Assembly: GCA_965153285.1 (NCBI GenBank)
Contig: OZ229111.1
From: Podarcis tiliguerta
Lineage: Eukaryota
Length of the DNA stretch: 64,000 nucleotides
Reading direction: 5' to 3' (one strand)
A program made the translations under genes and the position numbers. Below, piece by piece: positions 58,186 through 64,000 of this stretch (positions are counted from its first letter, which is position 1; each line of letters starts with the position of its first letter). Under the pieces are notes generated by a model. It saw only the letters and a program-made list of their open reading frames with translations. It was not told the DNA's origin and searched no databases.

Positions 58186-60400
58186 CTACTACGCAGAAAA
58201 TGGTTGGGAAAATATCCCCTGACCTGTGGCCATCCAGATGTTGCTGAACTACAACTCCCATCTTCCCTGACCACTGGTCACTCTGGCTGGGGCCAGTGGG
58301 AGCTGCAGTCCAGCAACATCTATAGGATTGCCAGGAGTGGGGGTGGAGCGGAAAATGAAAAACTGCTATGCCAAATGCCACTCCCTAAGTGAGGTCCTTG
58401 ACAGAAGTGGGTGTGCGCTGCATTTTGGGAGAAGCTCTCGCACCATCTCGTACCCAATCAGCACAGCAGCGAAACAAACCCACCCATTTTCCAGCAAGCA
58501 CCATGAGGCAAAGGCTGTCAAGCTCATGGTCATGTTAGGTGCCTCCAGCAGGTTAAACTAGATTGGAGGCACAGCCAAGAAAGGGGAGTTGCTGGGAAAT
58601 GTCAGGCATCTTCCACCCCACTCTAGCTGGCATGACGGAGCAGAATTCAAACCTCTTCCCACCTGCAAGGACGTTCTCCACAGCTACAAATATGTGAGAA
58701 CCTCGTTCCCACCAGTGGTTTCTGACTCCTTGCAAGAGAGAAAGGACTGCTTAAGTCAAAGGACACGGGAAGGAGACTAAGCAAACAGGCAAGGCAATCA
58801 ACAGCAGGGGCACAGACAGCACATGCACACAGGCAATTATAGGCAAAATTCAGGGTTACGCTGATTTGCAGGTAGTAAGGTGGGCCTGCCAGCACCTGCT
58901 GAAAGTGAAGAGAGGTCAAGCAGCAGGTCAGCTCCTACAAAGCATAATGTTAAGAGTGAGAGCCCCTTATGACGTGTGCGTGCCATGTTCCAGTGACGGC
59001 TCTTGGGCTTATGCATCCCAGCAAAGGTGGGTTGCATAATATGGTACCACAGGAAGTAAAAGTGAAGGTCCAAGCTGCAGAAGGGAACTGAAGGCAGGCT
59101 CTAAATGGAAAACAGCTACTTCAATAGCAACCAACAGTTTTGCTAATATCCCAAAGGTTAACCAAGGCAAGCCCTTTGTTGTGAAGTGTTAATTTGGGAT
59201 CTTGTTTCTCTTTCCCACCCCTTGCACAGGTGGTGAACATCAGGCCTAGGGGGGTTCAAATGTGGCCCCCAGACTTCTGTATCTGGCCCTCAGAACTCTC
59301 TCCAGGCCAGATTTCCCATGGCACTGCTTCACACACAGAGCTTCTGCCTGGTTGGAATGTGTCTCCCTAATAAGTCCTCTTCCTTGTCCAGACAAAAGAG
59401 GATTGTATGTGGAAGCTTGCCTGCTGTACAAAGGTAACATTTACATGTGCTCCTGCACCCACCATTGCCTTCAGACTCACCCACCACTGACAACCCCCTC
59501 ACAACAGATGGAAATGAGGGCCTTGGACTGGAAAAGGTGTCCCATCCCTGATAGATGGCAATATGGATGTGCCTACAGTCATAATTAGTGAGCCAGATTT
59601 GAGCACCTGTAAGAAACAGAGTATCTCTGGGTTCTCTACTGTTCAAAGGTTCTGTGCAGAGGTTCAAAGTTCCTCGGCACAGGATTTACAGGGCATACAC
59701 AGCTGTGCATGTTGTCAGGTCAGTGCTAGGCAGGGCCAATGGGGAAAAATAGGCCATCAGCAACAAGCATCTATGGCACAGTTAGAAAGGACCAGGTGAT
59801 CTCAGGGAAGTACCAACAAGGGATCCTACCAATAACTGACCTGGCACCAGTTCAGGCTACTATAGCAAGCACTTAGCAGAGGATTCGGTTTGTGCCAATC
59901 TAGCCTGACATGGTAAGGCATTGCCTACCAAAATGAGGTAAAATGGTCCACAGAACAGGATTCCATAGTAGATGAATACACAACTTCATGGTCAACAAGT
60001 GAAATCCAACGGCACCACAGGAGACCGCAGCATACCTGTTTCAGTTCTTTTTCACAAGAAGAGTCAAACTCCTTAGTGCTTGCTTCACTTCAGTTTCCTA
60101 CACACACACATGGCTGCCAGATTGGATCAAAGAGATGTGAAAGGAATGGCAGAACTAGTTAATATATGCATCGATCTCCCAACAAAATACACCCTTAAAT
60201 GCTAAACGAACTAGAAGTAGAAACCTCAAAGCTGCTAACAGTCATCTTTGAGAAATCTCTCAAGACAAGTGAGGTTCCAACAGACTAGCAAAAAATAGCT
60301 AGCACTTCTATATTTAACAGGTAGAATAGGAGAAACCAGGAGATTACAGGCCCTATGTCTTCCTATAAGATGTTATGAGAACAAACTCATCAAAAAAGAA

Positions 60401-60630
60401 TACAGTGGTACCTTGGGTTACATACGCTTCAGGTTACAGACTCTGCTAACCCAGAAATATTACCTCGGGTTAAGACACTTTGCTTCAGGATGAGAACAGA
60501 AATCATGCTCCGGCGGTGCGGCGGCAGCAGGAGGCCCCATTAGCTAAAGTGGTGCATCAGGTTAAGAACAGTTTCAGGTTAAGAACAGACCTCCAGAACG
60601 AATTAAGTACTTAACCCATGGTACCACTAT
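60401..60630. mobile_element. Tigger/pogo-like MITE
   Basis: TAcagtggtaccttgggtta ... taacccatggtaccact. Confidence 0.85.
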
Positions 60631-60701
60631 ATATGTAATGTAGAAGAAAATGAGGTGATCATTAACAACCAACATGGTCTTGCCAAGACCAAACCAATGT
60701 G

Positions 60702-60900
60702 GAACATAAGAAGCTTCATTATACTGAGTCAGACCATTGGCTGATCAGGCTCAGTATTGTCTACACAGACTGCCAGAGGCTCTCCAGGGTTTCAGGCAGG
60801 GAGTCTCTCCCAGCCCTACCTGGATTTGCTGGGAATTGAACCTGGGGCCTTCTGTGCTCAAGGCAAATGCTTTACCACTGAGGCATGGCCTTGCCCCATC
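60702..60900 (-). mobile_element. Squam3-like tRNA-derived SINE
   Basis: Reverse complement has A/B boxes (CTCAGTGGTAAAGCA, GGTTCAATTCCC) and GGTCTGACTCAGTATAA...TATGTTCC tail. Confidence 0.75.
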
Positions 60901-61791
60901 AATGTCACTCTGTGGTAGGTTAGTCTCTAGGAGAAGGTTCCACACAGTTCTACAGAATATTCTTTGGCAGGTAGATCAGAGGGCACTACCATGAGGAAAG
61001 CAACCCTTATTCCTTCAAGCTGCACAAGAACAACCAATAAGGCATTAAAAAGTATGTGGGGGGGGGGGGGGAGCCTGGAGGCGTTGTTGTGTGATGTCCA
61101 AAAGGAGTTATCTCCTAGGGGGTAGTGCTATTCAGCATTTTCATTACTTGCAGAAACAGGTAATATGTTCAACTTTGTAGATAATGCAAAAGTTCAAAGG
61201 AATTTGGGATGCCACAGAGGACAGGATTAAAATGAGTGTCCTTGACTAATTGAAGTGCAAGCAGTAAAATAACATCAGTAGACCATTTTCTGGATCGGTT
61301 CCTATTTCATTCTTCGGGGGGTTTTTAATGCTTGGTTTTAATGTTGTTTTTTTCTAAGTTGCTTTGAGTCACTTTTGTGAAAAAAGTGACAAATTAAATA
61401 AATAAGGTTGATATTTTATGCTGATGACAAGGCACCGCCCCCGTCCAGGGCCTCTAGTAATTGCACGCAGCTCAAAGTAGCTTTACAAAATCAAGGAACA
61501 AGCAAGGCACTCAAAGAATCAAAAGGAGGACTTAGACTTTTGAATCAACTAAATAGGAATTGGCAATGAGGTGTTGTTGTTTTAAAAAACATAGCTTCAC
61601 TCACTGAAGCAAACCACAAAGAAGTAGTAAAAGGTTCTACTTAGAGATTACCTTCTAGGAACACAAGGACAAGATTCAGAGGAATGTTCTGAAGGGCTAG
61701 CAAAATAATATATATATAGAAAGGCTAAAGAAGACAATCATTTTACAGATGGAAAAGGAAGGTTTTTATCCTGTCCTTTTTTCATATAAGA

Positions 61792-61927
61792 CAGGCATCC
61801 CCAAACTCGGCCCTCCAGCTGTTTTGGGACTACAATTCCCATCATCCCTGACCACTGGTCCTGTTAGCTAGGGATGATAGGAGTTGTAGTCCCAAAACAG
61901 CTGGAGGGCAGAGTTTGGGGATTCCTG
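61792..61927. mobile_element. hAT MITE, intact
   Basis: Near-palindromic 136 bp; perfect 8-bp TSD atataaga at 61784-61791 and 61928-61935. Confidence 0.9.
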
Positions 61928-62855
61928 ATATAAGACATATATATGCGACTTACTTATCTGCATTTCTAAGCCATGTCCCCTCCCAAAAGAAGCACAAAGC
62001 AGTGTTCATGAGTTCACCCATTTTATCCTCACCATAACTGCTGATAGATGATTTCCCCAAAGCCAAGTGGGGCCTTGAACTCAAGAGCTCTGCAGTCCCA
62101 AACGCCATATACTAGGAATAAGACATTGAGAACCACCCAAAGAATAGGTACAGCCACCATTCACCAGAACCAGGAATAATAAATAGCCATGGGTCCCAGT
62201 TGCTGCAAAATGGATTTACAGAACAATGGACAGCAGAGCAAACTGCCCAGGCTGGTCTCTGAAACATCTTGTCTGACTAGCACCAGGCAGGGACTGAGTT
62301 AAACTAGATGATCCAAGCTTCAGGTGCCTTTCTAGGGGGGTAGAAAGCATTCATGTACCTGGGACATTGAAGTACAGAGCACTGCTGTACCCATGCATCT
62401 TCCATCCCGCTGCCTTAAATGTTGTTTCTTCTCCCATACTGGGCTTTGTGTATCACATTTTAGGCCTTCCATTCTGTGGTTTCAAGAAGACTCCAGGTAG
62501 TTTTGCTCAAGTGCAAAAAGCATCCGCTATGGCTCAGGACTGGGTGAAATTAGCAGGGTTTGATTTGTATATAAATTGCCATTTGGGGGAAAGGGGCAAC
62601 ATTTCATTTCACATGCCTGCACTACAGACCAGGGTACAGTTTGGCTGAGGGAGCAATGCAAGGATAAGATGCCCATGAGTTGAGATTTTGCTTTATTCTT
62701 GGTGTCTTTGGTAGAGGAAGAACTTGGCACTGGGCGAAGGTGAGACAGGAGTCAATATCCAGACAGCCACACCTGTTTAACCTACAGAACGGCAAGTGAA
62801 ACTGAATCAGCGGTTAATGGGAGAGCAGGGCTCAGTCCTCCTAACTGGATTACCA

Positions 62856-63050
62856 GGAACATAGAAATGTGCCTTATACTGAGTCAGACCATTGGTCCAT
62901 CTAGCTCAGTATTCTCTACACTGACTGGCAACAGCTCTCCAGAACTTTGGGCAGCAATCTCTCCCAGTCCTACATTGATATACCAGGGATTGAACACAGG
63001 ATCTTTTACATGCAGAGCAGATGCTTCTGTCGCTGAGCTATGACCCATCC
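62856..63050 (-). mobile_element. Squam3-like tRNA-derived SINE
   Basis: Reverse complement TAGCTCAGCGACAGAAGCATCTGC...GTTCAATCCCTGG...GGTCTGACTCAGTATAAGGC..CTATGTTCC. Confidence 0.8.
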
Positions 63051-63074
63051 GACTAGCCAAGCAATAGGTGTGTA

Positions 63075-63450
63075 AAGGTAAGGTAAAGGACCCCTGGACG
63101 GTCAAGTCCAGTCAAAGGCGACCATGGGGTGTGGCGCTCATCTCACTTTTCAGGCCAAGGGAGCCGGTGTTTGTCCACAGACAGCTTTCTGGGTCATATT
63201 GCCAGCATGACTAAACCGCTTCTGGCGCACGGAGGACCATGACAAGTGCCAGAGCACATGGAAATGCTGCTTACCTTCCCGCCACAGTGGTACCCATTTA
63301 TCTACTTGCACTTGTATGCTTTTGAACTGTTAGGTTGGCAGAAGCTGGGACAGAGCAACAGGAGCTTACCCCGTCACGGGGATTCGAACCGCAGACCTTC
63401 TGATCGGCAAGCCCAAGAAGCTCATTGGTCTAGACCATAGCGCCATTTGC
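63075..63450 (-). mobile_element. Sauria SINE, near full length
   Basis: Head TGGCGCTATGGTCTAGACC..GGTTCGAATCCC, (ACCTTT)-type tail, 7-bp TSD gtgtgta. Confidence 0.9.
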
Positions 63451-64000
63451 GTGTGTACACCTATCTCAGCTGCTGAGCCTCACTCTGGTCACTCCCACTC
63501 CTCCTCCATTTCCTGCCCCACCCTTTGCCACAAACCCTTGAGGGTGGGGATTACCCCAGTTTGTGGATGAACACAAAAGGGATCACAGGTAATATAGGGA
63601 ATTAACCTCAGGGTGCTACAACATTGCACATAATTACTAGCAACTGCTTTGGGTGTGCAACAAACACAGCAATGCCAATCAGGACACCTGCCAGAGGTTA
63701 GCCAGTTCCTGACCCAGTTATGGGAAAGGGACCAGTTGCCGGATGTATCAGCTGAGTAATGCGTAGCATTGGATCACAGGCCCTGTAGCTACAGGTTGGG
63801 CTGAGGGAATTCCAAGTCCCTTCCTCATTTGGCTTTCAGTAAATTAAAAGCATCTGGCTCTTTTACTTATTGGTGAAGAAATAAGTGCAGGCAGCAGTGT
63901 GTCTAGTAAAGCAAGCTGGCACTCAGTTTCACTTGCAGATCTTTATTTTCAAATGTAATTACTTAAAATTTAGTCGTGTAAAACTTGAAAAAGCTACTTC

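Larger units (their letters stand above)
60170..61260 (+). mobile_element. Old CR1 ORF2 (RT region) remnant split by nested insertions
   Basis: Degenerate VIFEKSLKTSEVPTD, PGDYRP, LEENEVIINNQHG and FVDNAK (FADD-like) segments in the expected order. Confidence 0.65.

Noticed and set aside
55765-60630. Spaced ggttaagaac repeats resembling a CRISPR array
   Set aside because: Internal subrepeats of Tigger-like MITEs in a eukaryotic genome; no unique spacers or cas genes

Overview
Vertebrate genomic DNA; the repeat content (Sauria SINE, Squam-type SINEs, BovB) points to a squamate, most likely a lacertid lizard (inference). The window contains: (1) a probable terminal exon of PCP2 (+, 669-857); (2) a complete 4-exon PET100 (-, 74 aa); (3) a complete 19-exon XAB2/SYF1 (+, 852 aa), head-to-head with PET100 across 275 bp; (4) 18 exons of CAMSAP3 (-), tail-to-tail with XAB2, with the first coding exon not found in the window. 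This matches the gene order I recall for human 19p13.2. All splice junctions were read by hand as GT-AG and keep the frame open. The rest is intronic, with hAT and Tc1/pogo MITEs, tRNA-derived SINEs and CR1/L2/L1/BovB fragments. I found no convincing wholly new biological system. The best leads are a degenerate extra GoLoco-like motif in the putative PCP2 last exon, a CAMSAP3 microexon pair with candidate splicing-control elements, two different tRNA heads on one CR1 tail, and a ~125-nt intronic hairpin. Family assignments and human comparisons are from memory, not from database searches.
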